DNA of 64,000 nt from Eledone cirrhosa. Its lineage: Eukaryota. Both the position numbers and the translations under genes were made by a program. The stretch is taken from NCBI GenBank assembly GCA_964016885.1, contig OZ024740.1, positions 203,732,001 through 203,796,000 on the forward strand. Reading direction: 5' to 3'. The notes under the pieces are model-generated. The model had not been told where the DNA came from and ran no database searches. It was given only the letters and a program-made list of their open reading frames with translations. Below, piece after piece: positions 29,625 to 43,479 of this stretch; within the stretch, counting starts at the first letter, position 1; every line of letters begins with the position of its first letter.

Positions 29625-29667
<43 letters not shown>

Positions 29668-30169
29668 CAGCTAATCAGCCCCGCGAATTCTATTGATACA
29701 CTGGTGGTCAATTGTCCTGGCTTATAATGTGGTATAAAAAGTATATGATTATTACATCAATCAGCAAGCTGTAAAGAGAGATATAGAGTGCATTCTCTAC
29801 TGTATGTACTTCATATCATACACCACTGTGAAACTCCAGACAAAATTATTTAGTTTCCTATAAGAGCCGCACTGGTATTTAACAGCAACCAAGAGACACT
29901 CGATACAATACAACTTCAAACGAATCGAACTTTTAGTAATGTCAGAAAATTTTCAACGTTTACTGTGATGTCATCAGAAAAATATCGGCAAAACAATTTA
30001 CGTATTTAGCAAATGTTTATTAAAGTAAAAAAAAAAAAGAAAAATAAAGATAAAGATGTCTTAACTCCCGATGGAGCCGTACGGAGCAGTGACGGCGTCT
30101 CTTGGGTATTTTAAACTTGGCGGACTTCCTTCATTTCAGTCTTGGTCGGAACACACCTGATTCTTCCTT

Positions 30170-30284
<115 letters not shown>

Positions 30285-30739
30285 CCAAACCCAGTACTAT
30301 ACTAGTGCTTTATCGACCACGAAATGATGAAAGGCAAAGTGGACCAGGGCTGCATTTGAATTCTAAGTGCAGTGACCTGGAACAAATATCAAGACATTTT
30401 TAACTCTCTGCAATTTGCATAAAGCTTTTCCATTAAGCTGACATCAAGCAAAGCAGTGTAAGTCTCTTATTTGTGTCCATATTCCCCGCTGTAGTACAGG
30501 AAAACGCGCGATAAATCATTAACGAGTGTATATATATCGCAGTCCCAGGCTTTTGTATTTATAGCAATTCCAGGCTTGTGTATATGCAGTACGTTTCTCA
30601 TTAAATTACAAAATATTTTAAAATCATCGTCAGCATTTGAAAATTTCTACTTTTATCAGCCATCAAAAAGCATCTTATAGATGGGAAACGACTGAAAATG
30701 ACTGACGTACACCCATGCAGACACTCACACACAGACAAA

Positions 30740-30904
<165 letters not shown>

Positions 30905-31468
30905 TAAATAACTACCAGAATTATTATAAAACACTAATTCGCATATGTATGTATGTGTGTGTGTGTATGTGTGTGCATGTGACGTGTGTGTAAATGAAAT
31001 TTAATAAGAGTTTTCACTGGTTTTCTGTTCAACACTCTTCCAACTCTTTTATATTAAACATTTTCTTAATTTTCTTGGTAGTTTGAACGTTTTATAGAAT
31101 GTATGTCAATATGAGATGGCTTTTAGTAGCCACCATTTTGATTTTAATTTTTTTGCACACTGGAAATGTTAAGATACTTTTTCCTCAATAACATTTTGAA
31201 ATAGTTTTTTAGATATACATATTTTCTTTTTATATTTTTCACTCTTTTTCTTTCTTTCGTCCTTTTCTCTTACTCTCTCTTTCTTTCTCTTTTTCTTTTC
31301 TATACATATATATCCAACACACGCACACATAAATGCAAACACACACACATATATATATGCAAACAAAGACGAACATACACACACACACAAACACACACAC
31401 ATATATATACAAACAAAGACGAACACACACACACACAAACACACATATATATATGCAAATAAAGACGA

Positions 31469-31500
<32 letters not shown>

Positions 31501-32477
31501 TGGTATTTAAAAACGTGACTAAAATACAATTTCAACAATTCTTTAAATGCAATCTTTTAAACTTGCATCTTTTACGTTTGCTGAGATTCTTCAACGTTGT
31601 TTGAATAATGTCTAACTCTTCCTTTACTGTCACGGTTCATAAAATTCAAGTTCTACAAGGAAAGTACCAAAAAATAAAAATGGTAAATCCGCCATATTTG
31701 TTGTAGTTGTGTAGGAAATTACTTAAAGAAAGTTTACGTGTACTTGCACCCGCCCCCCACATACCCCCCACACATATATACACACATATTGATGCATGTT
31801 TATAGCATTGTTAATCCGGGCGTGTATATATGTTATACGTAAATGTATATAAAATTCTTCTATTACATGCATTGTACACTGTGCGGTCTTGAAATGCTAG
31901 AATTACAATTTAACTAAGCACTACGATGCATCGTTGTTTTAATTATTTTCTTCTTCGAAAGAATGATGACTCCACACTCTACATTTCAGTTTGTAGTGTT
32001 GATGGAGATATAAAACATAACGACTGGAATTTCAATATTTATATATAATTATAAAGTACAAGTTATATATATTTCGGTGATAACCGTTATGCAACAGCTA
32101 TGACCTAATCAGACAGCTAGATGTTGAACAGAAAAAAACAGAAAAACATGAAGAAGAAATAAAAATTACTCCTGTTGTTTCGATTCATTGATATGTCCCG
32201 GATTGATATTTGGTGTTGCTTTCTCAAAGCACGGTGACATATGTTGCAGCGATTATGAATAAATGAAGTGAATTATAACCTGTTGACTAGTACTTCATGA
32301 TTATAATTACACTCCGGAGTAAATAGACCTACTTGTTTACTTCGTCGAGTGCTTTACACTGCATACAAAGGTGTCGGTGATAAATTAACACTCACTTTAA
32401 TTATATATATATATATGTATATATAGTTTAAGGGTTGTGTTGTACTAAGCAGTGTAATAATAATAATAATAATAATA

Positions 32478-32688
32478 ATGGTTTCTGATTTAGCCACAAG
32501 GCCAGCAATTTGAAAGGAAGGGGAAAGTAGATTAAATCGACCACAGTGCTTACTGGTACTTTATTTTATCGACCCCGTAAGGATGAAAGGCAAAGTTAAC
32601 CTCGGCGGTATTTGAACTCAGACCGTAAAGGGCCGTAATTCTATGCTGCAATGCAAGGCGTCCGACCTTTTACCGATACTGCCAATCC

Positions 32689-32690
<2 letters not shown>
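32478..32690 (-). mobile_element. tRNA-derived SINE of the dominant family
   Basis: Minus strand has a B-box GAGTTCAAATAC and the core GCCTTTCATCCTTACGGGGTCGATAAAATAAAGTACCAGT, ending in an (ATT)n tail. More than 20 related copies occur in the window. Confidence 0.85.
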
Positions 32691-32762
<72 letters not shown>

Positions 32763-32811
32763 AAGAATGAAGAGTAACATGGTTGGCTGTACAATAAGGG
32801 CTTTATTTAAA

Positions 32812-32922
32812 GTACTGACAATTGTTTCGTTGATCAGGTGAGTCTAGAGTTCGCTAATCGCTTGAGGTTGAGTCATTCGATCTCCAATACATTATTTACC
32901 TCTGGTCAACACATCACAGTAC
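32812..32922 (-). ncRNA. Hammerhead-like motif with a long stem II and a mutated core
   Basis: GTACT-GTGATGT (for CTGATGA)-gttgaccag...ctgatcaac-GAAA-CAATTG-TC^AGTAC, followed by AATAAA and (TA)n. Stem III is the palindrome ACAATTGT. Confidence 0.65.
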
Positions 32923-33165
32923 GTAGATATGAAAGTGATTCACTCGAGGAAAGACTTATATAGAAAAATAGCGTATAATCAAAACAATAACATCATTCTT
33001 TAACTATTATTACTCCAAGTATAACCTGCATAGAAATTACCGCGAACTCGCTGCATAACTATGGAAGCATCTTGTTGAGTCAAACAAAGCCGTACGTTAA
33101 AACTATCTACGACGCAGAGTACTCACAACCTCTAACTGGATTACATATAACGATAACTTGTTATC

Positions 33166-33296
<131 letters not shown>

Positions 33297-33376
33297 GTAA
33301 ACAGAAATAACAACACAATTGGTACAGTATATGGAAGGAATATATTAGGTTAACGCTTGAAATAGCAGGAAGAGGG

Positions 33377-33412
33377 TCTTAACGTTTCGGACGCTAGTCT
33401 TTCATCAGAAGA
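33377..33412 (-). ncRNA. Ultra-minimal hammerhead ribozyme
   Basis: TCTT-CTGATGA-aagactagcgtcc-GAAA-CG-TT^AAGA. Stem III is the palindrome ACGT. The element ends at a (CA)n/(TA)n tract at 33292. Confidence 0.65.
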
Positions 33413-33621
33413 AAGAATGAGAAATTAGATAGATTGAAGGGACGGGCGGTTGGAATTGAAAAAAAATGTCTTTAGATAAAAATAACAGGTCCATTCATGT
33501 TGACATCTCTTGGAAAAGATTTGAGACTGGGCATGTTGAAGCTACTAGGGTGGGAGTGGAAAATAGACGGGTGTAAGAAGCAGGTGGTTTAAGAAGCTTA
33601 TAGTAGAGGAAAAGTAATAGA

Positions 33622-33658
<37 letters not shown>

Positions 33659-33714
33659 TCAGGTAACAAGATATTGAAAACGTCCACCACGCAATAACCT
33701 AAGAAGAACATCAG

Positions 33715-34125
33715 TTTCTAATTCAGGCACAAGAGGAGCAAGATTTGGGGAAAGGAAAGTCAACCCTAGTAATTAACTTGTGCGTTATTTTATAGACCCT
33801 AAAAGGATGAAAGGCAAAGCTGACCTCGGTGGGATTTGAACTAAGAACGTAAAGAGGAGTCGTAACTAAATACGGCAAGATATTTTGTCCGACGTTCTAA
33901 CGATTCTACCAATCCGCCAACGAGGAATTGCAATGGCTGCTAATTTAAGCACAAGGCCAGAAATTCTTGAGGAAATAAAAGTCGATGAATCGACCCCAGT
34001 ACTTGACTGGTACTTTACTTTATCGACCCTGTGAGGATGAAAGGCAAAGTTGACCTCGGCAGGATTTGAACTGAGAACGTAAAGAGCTGAGACAAACACC
34101 GCAAAGCATTTGTCTGATGCCAAGG
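33715..34125 (-). mobile_element. Two head-to-tail SINE copies
   Basis: GGATGAAAGGCAAAG.TGACCTCGG..GGATTTGAACT occurs twice on the + strand. Confidence 0.8.
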
Positions 34126-34402
34126 AGGGATAATAATGCACATTATTTTCCACATAGGTTTGAAGTCTTCGATTTATTACACACACACACATACATACAC
34201 ACAAATATGCACACACACATGCACACACATGCACACACATATACATGCACACACGCGCATCTCCCCACAAAATTAGGAATACATAGAATATTGTGGTTGT
34301 TGTTAAAATACATGAAGTAGTTTAAAATGGGAATCGAAAAGGAATATATAACCTGGTTTTCACCAAGAATGTTAAGCCATCTTCATCCCCAAAGCAAAAA
34401 AT

Positions 34403-34623
34403 TCAGCGAAGGAAACTAAAACAAGTGGTAACCATAACAAAACTGAGTGAAGCTTGAAAATTAAAAGAAGAGGAGCGGAATTGTAGTCCTTCAGCATTAC
34501 ATCCATCTGTATTACATGTACGGAAACATATATTCTTCCTTTGTCGCATCGTATGGTTTCTAATTATACAATCTTCCCCTTGGAAGTAATTTGTGCATCC
34601 TCGGCTGAATAAAAGCTGAAACC
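34403..34623 (-). CDS. Terminal coding exon of a GPI-anchored Ly6/uPAR (three-finger, quiver/sleepless-like) protein
   Basis: Acceptor ttttgtattattgcag|GG (phase 1). Translates FQLLFSRGCTNYFQGEDCIIRNHTMRQRKNICFRTCNTDGCNAEGLQFRSSSFNFQASLSFVMVTTCFSFLR*, with RGC and CxxDxCN LU motifs followed by a hydrophobic GPI-type tail. Confidence 0.88.
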
Positions 34624-34842
34624 CTGCAATAATACAAAATGGAGATTTATAGAAACATTATATTATATTTGACTTCCTAAATTGAAACAAAACAGGTTTT
34701 AATAGGAAAAGACAGTTTGTTAATAAATGATGCAAAGAGAAATACACAAACGTATGATATGGTACAGGGCTGTGAACGTTTAATGATATTCCTGTTGCCA
34801 AGCGCTCCCTCTCTGTCTCGGCTTGACCCATGGCTGCAGCTC

Positions 34843-35432
34843 CGTAAGAATGAAAGGCAAAGCTAATCTCGGCGGGATTTGAACTCAGAACGTAAAGGGT
34901 TCAAATCCCACCGAGGTTAGCTTTGCCTTTCATTCTTAAAGGATCGATAAAATAAAGTACCAGTAATGCACTGGGGTAGATTTAATCGATTCTCCCTTCA
35001 AATTGCTAGCCTTGTGCCTAAATCAGTCACCATTAACAATAATAATAATTGTTTCTACTTTTGGTACAAGGCCAGCAATTATGCCAGTGCATTACTGGTA
35101 CTTTATTTTATCGACCCCATAAGGATGAAAGGCAAAGTTAACCTCGACGGAATTTGAACTCAAACCATAAAGGGACGTAACTATGCTAGAAAGCATGGCG
35201 CCCAACTCCCTACCGATACTGCCAATTCACCGCCCTTTTATTAACAATTATTATTAACAATAATAATAATTGTTTCTACTTTTGGCACAAGGCCAGAAAT
35301 CACCCAGTGCATTACTGGTACTTTAATTTATCGACTCCGTAAGGATGAAAGGCAAAGTTAACCTCGGCAGGATTTGAACTCAGAATGGCAAGAGCCGTAA
35401 CCCCATGTGTCAAAGCATGGCGTCCTACCCGT
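34843..35432. mobile_element. SINE cluster: one + copy with a 5' inverted fragment, then two - copies
   Basis: Core motif repeated four times; the junctions are (AAT)n runs. Confidence 0.8.
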
Positions 35433-36017
35433 CCGTAATATCAAATATGGTAACATATTGTAAAAGTTAAGTATGCCTTGCTCTCTCTACGGAGAAACTA
35501 TGATACATCACAACAAATACAATCACATTTAGAATAAAGAAACAAAGACTAACAATCTACATTAGATCTTTCCTATTTTTTAGATGCCAAAACATTAGAC
35601 TAAAAGTGTATACTTTTAGAGCTATTTTTACCTAAATCTATCAATTTATCGATCTGCCTGTCTACAGTGTACACACACACACACACACACACATACACAC
35701 ACACACACACACACATGTATGTATGGGTGTATGAATTCTGCCGACTGTTTGCCTCTATGTATGTGTATGTACGAGTGTTAATATATATATATATATATAT
35801 ATAAAGTAGTTTAGATGAGTGGATAAAATAACCATATATGGTAAAGAATAATTCAAAGCTAAAGTGTGATTTTATAGTCCACAGTAAGATAGGTAAAAAA
35901 CAGTTCAGAGTTTAATCCAATCAATAAATTTCCAGTCACAATAGTTTTACAATTTCACGGATCATATAGGAAATGAATAAAAATAACCAGTTTTAATTTA
36001 CATTAAATCATTTAATA

Positions 36018-36088
36018 GATTTACGAACGTTTCTTTCAATACAGTAGAAAGTACCATTTTATTCCTCTGTACTGAATTTTCCAGGATC
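36018..36088 (-). ncRNA. Decayed hammerhead-like motif
   Basis: gatc-CTGGAAA (for CTGAAGA)-a-ttcagtacag...ctgtattgaa-a-GAAA-CGTTCG-TA^aatc. Stem II is 10 bp or more; a (TA)n tract lies about 215 nt downstream. Confidence 0.45.
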
Positions 36089-37042
36089 CATTAAACAAAA
36101 CAATACAAAAAACAACAACAATTATTTACCAACCGCATGTCTGAACATCTCCATTTTGAAAACGTTTGCACCTAGAAAGTTCTTCTCCGAGGCACATGCA
36201 TAGGCGATGTGTTTTCTTGAAAACAAACTGTTGTCCGAAATAGCTTGGCACCAGTTACATGACAACTCATTTCCCCCAGTTAAATGAACTTAAGCAACAT
36301 GAAATATAGGGTTTTTGCTCATCCAGTCAGGGAATCGAACTCACAACCTCACAATTGTGGGCCCAACATTCTAACACTAAGGTAAATCGGCGGGAAAGTA
36401 ACAGACTCTAATGATAGCTAAAATGACTACCTCAAGGGTCACTGATGTCGTCAATGAAGAGTAGAATTACCAAACCTAACAGCAGCTTCGGTAGAAGAGG
36501 TGTACAAGGAAGGGTCATAGTTCTAAGGAGGGGTGCGTGGTTGGTCTTCAGAACCCTTGTTCCGTCAAATCTTCTGTATGACATTGAGACGCAAATTGCA
36601 TACATCAGTTTAATAGTTTCCAATAATCAACATACATATTGTCATACAAAAATTCAACAAGGAATAAGTATAGACAGACGCAAAACCCACAACACAAAAA
36701 GCAACATAAAATATAGAACCAGAGACAACCTTAACCACAAAAGACACTTAAATTGTTTACAATAACTCTTTGATATAATTATTAATAAACTAACACTACA
36801 TATAATCGAAATAAATGGATAAAGAAATCTATGATGATCAGAAAAAAATAATTATTTGGCTCATTTATTGATTATAAGAGATTATTGGGGGAAGTGTTTG
36901 AATTTTAGCCAGAAATGTCTTAACATATATGCTAATTCTCAAATCGTACATTCTTTTAAGGTTTTAACGAAGAACTATAATGCACGCCGTTTATGACAAT
37001 ATCGATATACATTTCTTCTTGCAATAATGAATACATTGTTAC

Positions 37043-37256
<214 letters not shown>

Positions 37257-37895
37257 AATTGAGATGAGCAGAACAAACAAATATTAAACAATTCCTTTAA
37301 AAAATTAAAAAATGCCTTAAATATCTACCTGTGGGTCACTTTAACGGCCATAACTCATACGAGCTGGTAGTTGGCAATATATTTGCAGGCTGTGGGACTT
37401 GATCCTATAGAGTGGAAATAGCTATCTGATGAACTTTACTTTTCTGTTAGAAATTCTCTGAATTTCTAATCTTTTGTAAAGCGAAACCGCCGGTAATAGC
37501 ATTAGAGATATTTACCTTATTTTATATATACATATATATTTGTAGTTTATTACTTTATATATTTAAATACATTTACTACACCCTATCTTAATTTACAGTC
37601 AGCAGAGACACTGATTTAATGATACCAAATATATCATATTAGAACATATAGTTTCCTGGAAAAGTAGCGTAAAAAGTAATCTTGTATGAAATATCCCTAA
37701 CCCCTAGAGTTGAACATATCTTTCCGATTTGTACAGAATGAACAATTCTGACATACATTTATCAATATTTATAGGAGGCACCTAAATAAGAATTCTTACT
37801 AAATCAAACAAATTACTTTTTCTTCATCTTTTGTTTATTGTTTTTAACTTTTACGTGTTTACTCTTTGCTCTCCTGTCCTTTTTGTGTCGTCATG

Positions 37896-37964
<69 letters not shown>

Positions 37965-38957
37965 CACACACACACACATGGTGGTCGATTTAGTTGTGTA
38001 GTTAGAGAATTGGATGAGGTCCAATTTACCTTTCGTCCTTTCGGGGTCTGACTTCTACGGAAGAAATCCGCTGTGTTCAGACATGGAGGAGGATGGTCTC
38101 TACTAGTTTTAAATCCCCGAGACGGCGCATCTACGACTCCATTAGGAGTTAAGTAATGACATAGCGTAACAAATCCTTTCGTCCATTTTTAAGACTTCAT
38201 AAATCACGTTTTCGTTTTCATTACGAAATATACATTCGAGGACGGTGGATGAGCAGAATCATTATAGCGTTGGACGAAATATTTTGCAACATTTGTTCCA
38301 CATTTTGACGTTCTGAGTTAAAATCCATCCGGAATCAACTTGGTCTTTCACCCTTCCAGGGTCGATAGAATAAAATCAGACCTGCTAACCTTTAAACACC
38401 CAAACGAGAGTGCCCCAAAACGGAGAGAAATGAGGCAAAATGGGGAGATTTTACATACCGAAAGCTATTTCCATTTTCACAAAAGAAGACATCTCTCACC
38501 TACCCCAAAGTGGGTGGGAGATCTCCCAGTCGGCCAGGGAGAGTTGACAGGCCTGTAAAATACCAGTCAAGTACTTGGGTCAATATAATAAACTTCCTCC
38601 AAATTACTGGTCTTGTGCCCAAATTAGAAACTATTATGAAGGTTTCTTCTATATTGTAACATGGTCCATCATTATTATCCAATAATTATTGTCGCTGCAA
38701 AATGTTTATTTATTCTTTTTCTAGTTTCAGTCATTAGACAGTGGCCAAGCTGGAGCACTGCATTGAACGGATCTAATCAATCCCATAGACCCCAGTACTA
38801 TCTTTTTCAAGTCTCTTACATATTTTACAAATTTCTTCACCAACTCTGAACCTAACGCGCTTCGAGTACAACTCTGACCTGTCGTCTTCTCTCTTTCTCT
38901 CTCTCTCCCTCTCTCTCTCTCTCACTATATATATATATAGATAGATAGATGTGTATG

Positions 38958-39290
38958 GTATGGTATGGTCCCGTAACTCTTGGGGGAGTCGTAGGGTCGC
39001 CGTATTGGCATACGGCGTTTCTTGGGCATTTAAAGCCAGGCAGACCCCATCCCTCTCCAGATCTGAGTACAGTAGATTTCTTCTAGAGAAAGATAGAAAA
39101 CCAGAGAGAGAGAGATGGGGAGGGTGTGTGAGAAGAGATATAAAGGAAGAATCGAATCCAGTATTAGACTAGTACTTTTTTTATCGACCTTAAAAGGGTG
39201 AAAGACAAAGTTGAACTCAGTGAGCAGAGCCTGAACGAACACCATAAATCATTCTATCCGACGTTCTAACGATTGCCAATTCGCTGCCCA
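38958..39290 (-). mobile_element. Composite SINE ending GTTACGGGACC(ATACC)n; relatives at 54110-54400 (+) and 60022-60330 (-)
   Basis: The three loci share TACGACTCCCCC..GAGTTACGGG.CC and the SINE core. Confidence 0.7.
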
Positions 39291-39833
39291 GTTGTGTATA
39301 CACTTGCCAAATTTTAATCACAAGGTATTGATCAACCGAGGTTATAGTAGAAGACGTATGCCGAAGGGGCCACGCAATTGGACTGAACCCAAAACCATGT
39401 AGTTGCGAAACGAACTCCTTAACCACACAGCCATATATGTTCCTATTTGTAATTTCAAATGGATTTGGACGAGCAATAAAGCAAAGTTGAAATAAGCACG
39501 TGTATCTGAAACTTTATCTGACTGGATATCGCTAGATTCCAGACAACAATGATAGTTCTATTATATTCTTATTTATTGTAATATCCTAAGTCTTAAGGAA
39601 AGATAATATTACAAGATTTCTAACTTTTAAGACAATCTCCAGACAATGGTATTTTCAACATACTTTAGTTTTAAAATAGATATAAATGATTTAGATTCAC
39701 TATGTAAAAGATCAAATTTGATCTGATCTTATATATATATATATATACCTACATACACACACACACATACATAGATACATACATAGATACATACATACAT
39801 AGATACATACATAGATACATAGATACATACATG

Positions 39834-40420
39834 ATGACTGCCCCCTCGTTATCGAGTATGGCCATTGCACGAGATAACATTATTAATAATTATTAATTAA
39901 TTCTATCGTGCAATGCCTGTGCGTGAAGATATTTTTTAAAGTGAGGAAAGACTGTGCACTGAGCCAATCCCACTCTCTGAGCGACAGTAGCTATAACCCG
40001 AAAAGAAGAAAAGATCAACATCATCAGGTTTTATATCGGAGTTATCCAAGTTTCCTGAGTTGCCTTCTCCTAGAAGAATGCCCTGACAAAGGCTATGGGT
40101 CCTTCACTCCCAGTGGTTTAACCGCACGATCGGGTGTCCAGCACAACAATTTCTGTCCCCGCGCATATACATACACATGCACCCATGTATATACACATAT
40201 ACATATGTACATGTGTATATAGATATTTACACACTTTTGGATGGCTGTTGACTCATATGAGTTCTTCCACCCTTTGTCAGGTTTTTTTTGTCCTGCAGGG
40301 TGTCCAAAATCACCCTCCTCACCAAGTAAACTTGGTGGAGTTGCCGGTTTAGTCGCCGACGACCCGACCATGCGATAGGTTGTACTGGGTTACATGTTAC
40401 CAGTAGCACTCAAGAGTGAC
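39834..40420. mobile_element. About 590-bp non-coding interspersed element flanked on both sides by CATA-type repeats
   Basis: Homologous end to end with 52227-52834, e.g. TTTAGTCGCC.ACGACCCGACCATG...GGTTGTACTGGG.TACATGTTACCAGTAGCAC. Confidence 0.8.
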
Positions 40421-40450
40421 CATACATACATACATACATACATACATACA

Positions 40451-40485
<35 letters not shown>

Positions 40486-40490
40486 GTATA

Positions 40491-40805
<315 letters not shown>

Positions 40806-40967
40806 TATGCATGGATATATTCCTGTATAAGGTTAGAAGTTTCAGTATTTCTTGTTTATGTTTCCTAAAATCAAATTTTGAGTATTGAATGTTCGACTTT
40901 GTATCAGAAATCAGATTTTATTTGCTTGTATATATGTATATATGTATGAACCTCGTTATGTATGTAT

Positions 40968-41146
40968 GTGGCAGTATCGGTAGAGGGTCGGAAGCCATGC
41001 TTTCCAGCATAGTTACGTCTCTTTACGATCTGAGTTCAAATCCCGCCGAGGTTGACTTTGCCTTTCATCCTTGCGGGGTCGATAAAATAAAGTACCAGTA
41101 ATGCACTGGGTGATTGCTGGCCTTGTGCCTAAAGTAGAAACAGTTA
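40968..41146 (+). mobile_element. tRNA-derived SINE
   Basis: TGGCAGTATCGGTAGAG A-box-like motif, GAGTTCAAATCC B-box and the family core. Confidence 0.85.
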
Positions 41147-41563
41147 TGTATGTATGCACATATACTAGCCGGCTGAGTGTTTCGTTTTGACACGAATTCC
41201 TTTGTTTGTTACAGTAGTGATGGCTAGCTCACACTTCACGGAACTATCGTATGATATGGGCAGCCTGCTGAAGACGTGTAATAGCCTGATTACGTAAAAA
41301 TCCGCTGATTTTGCGTGATTTTCTGAACATTGCGGACGTAATATCTGCATTTGTAAAGTTATATTACACAGAAACGATCGTCCAGGAAATGGGATATTTA
41401 CTCGTATCTCTACCTAAACACAGCCAGCGTGTCTACAGTAAACTAAATGTATGCACTCTGAACAGTTGATTGCAGCTGCATTACTGCAATTCGCCAGATT
41501 CATCGAGTGAACTTGACGCTGGCCGGAGGACGCTGTTTTTATATCAGAGATCTTCGTTACTTT

Positions 41564-41614
<51 letters not shown>

Positions 41615-41617
<3 letters not shown>

Positions 41618-42322
41618 GTTCGACTCCCATGTACGGCAACACTCATCTTTTTCCATTTCTCCGAGAGTTATAAACCCCACTATCAGGCTAGAAATTTCTT
41701 TAGTCTAAAATACGGTGAAAGCTTCTAATTTCTAATTTCTTATTTCAAACTCGCGCACCGTTTCAAAAACATACTTACATGTTTACGTTTATAATTTGCT
41801 TGTTTATCATTCACTTGCTAAGTTCATAGCTTCTAATTCGAATGGCAGGAGATGGGATGTGTATTGGTGTAATGGTAGCACAGTGGTCTAGATAACCAAA
41901 GATGTGGGTTCGACTCTCATGTACGGCAACACTCATCTTTTTCCATTTCTCCGAGAGTTATAAACCCCACTATCAGGCTAGAAATTTCTTTAGTCTAAAA
42001 TACGGTGAAAGCTTCTAATTTCTAATTTCTTATTTCAAACTCGCGCACCGTTTCAAAAACATACTTACATGTTTACGTTTATAATTTGCTTGTTTATCAT
42101 TCACTTGCTAAGTTCATAGCTTCTAATTCGAATGGCAGGAGATGGGATGTGTATTGGTGTAATGGTAGCACAGTGGTCTAGATAACCAAAGATGTGGGTT
42201 CGACTCTCATGTACGGCAACACTCATCTTTTTCCATTTCTCCGAGAGTTATAAACCCCACTATCAGGCTAGAAATTTCTTTAGTCTAAAATACGGTGAAA
42301 GCTTATAATTTATAATTTCTTA
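41615..42322 (+). repeat. About 2.4 tandem copies of a 290-bp unit containing a tRNA-like Pol III promoter, flanked by (TA)n
   Basis: TGGGTTCGACTC recurs at 41615, 41905 and 42195; the copies are nearly identical. Confidence 0.92.
41858..41928 (+). pseudogene. tRNA-like cloverleaf (second copy at 42148-42218), probably not a functional tRNA
   Basis: A-box TGGTGTAATGGTAGCAC, anticodon arm TGGT-ctagata-ACCA, T-arm GTGGG-TTCGACT-CTCAT. The acceptor stem is mismatched, and the AGA anticodon lacks the Ser long variable arm. Confidence 0.65.
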
Positions 42323-42624
42323 TATATATATATATATGGAATAGAATGAAACGAAATTTCATTTCTCACTCTTAGTACGGCACTTACTTAAATGTAAGTA
42401 TGTATGTATACGTACATACATATATGTATACAGACGTACAGTAGCATGTATATATATATATATATATATATATACAGGCACACATATATATATGCACGTA
42501 TCAGTTTACCGAACATTTATTATAATGTTCGCTTTGTTCGTTTGTAAACAAACGAACAGCCTGATTTACGCCGTACAGTGTTCAGGCAACCACGTCACCT
42601 TTTTGTTCAACACTGACACAGGAA

Positions 42625-42665
42625 CGATGTACTAGTTTCAAGCTTGTTAGCTATCGTCAGCACCG
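42625..42665 (-). ncRNA. Minimal hammerhead ribozyme, mirror copy
   Basis: Reverse complement of 42971-43011. Confidence 0.8.
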
Positions 42666-42970
42666 TATACCTTTCTGCCAGATGGTTGAACGTTCGGAAG
42701 TATATACTTTCCTTATGAAAATTAACGGCTGAGCAGCCTAATTTGCATATCAAGTGAGTTCAGTCGGCCAGGCGCACCGAAAACTTACATTTAAGTAAGT
42801 GCCGTACTAAGAGTGAGAAATGAAATTTCGTTTCATTCTATTCCATTTATCGTTTCCGGTGCGCCTGGCCGACTGAACTCACTCGATATGCAAATTAGGC
42901 TGCTCAGCCGTTAATTTTCATAAGGAAAGTATATACTTCCGAACGTTCAACCATCTGGCAGAAAGGTATA

Positions 42971-43011
42971 CGGTGCTGACGATAGCTAACAAGCTTGAAA
43001 CTAGTACATCG
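42971..43011 (+). ncRNA. Minimal type-I hammerhead ribozyme
   Basis: CGGTG-CTGACGA-tAGCtaacaaGCTt-GAAA-CTAG-TA^CATCG. Stem III is the palindrome ACTAGT; GUA cleavage site. Confidence 0.82.
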
Positions 43012-43233
43012 TTCCTGTGTCAGTGTTGAACAAAAAGGTGACGTGGTTGCCTGAACACTGTACGGCGTAAATCATGCTGTTCGTTTGTTTACAAACGAAC
43101 AAAGCGAACATTATAATAAATGTTCGGTAAACTGATACGTGCATATATATATGTGTGCCTGTATGTACATATATATATATATATACCTCACGATTGCGAA
43201 TCCAAATTCTCTAACCACTCAGCCACACGCCTT

Positions 43234-43293
<60 letters not shown>

Positions 43294-43431
43294 AGTGTAA
43301 TTTACTACACAAAACGAAGGTTATAGAGAAAATTGAGGTTGGTAATGGCACATGGAATATATAAGAGACAGAATACTTTTTTGTGAAAAAACATATAATT
43401 TTATAAGGTAAGGAAATAATAAAGGGTATAA

Positions 43432-43479
43432 AAAATGACCGGTTTCGATGGGTCTGCAAAAGCCATCTTTTCAAATGTT
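43432..43479 (-). ncRNA. Hammerhead U3-A8 variant, mirror copy
   Basis: Reverse complement of 45434-45481. Confidence 0.65.

Larger units (their letters stand above)
42336..43164. mobile_element. Interleaved inverted repeats A-B-A'-B' of a Penelope-like element
   Basis: A 42336-42399 pairs with A' 42783-42846 (64 bp). B 42472-42784 pairs with B' 42852-43164 (313 bp, near-identical). TA-rich flanks. Confidence 0.85.

Noticed and set aside
29345-29985. CTGATGA motifs at 29352 (+) and near 29975 (-) as hammerheads
   Set aside because: GAAA or stem I pairing is missing; too decayed to call.
36432-36623. RT-like fragment (LLGLVILLFIDDI)
   Set aside because: Only a loose resemblance to CR1/L2 RT motifs; cannot be supported without a search.
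41260-41320. CTGAAGA-hairpin-AAAA as a hammerhead
   Set aside because: There is no GAAA and no closing stem I.
41858-41928. Functional tRNA-Ser(AGA) gene
   Set aside because: Mismatched acceptor and anticodon stems, no long variable arm, T at position 37, and it is part of a tandem mobile unit.
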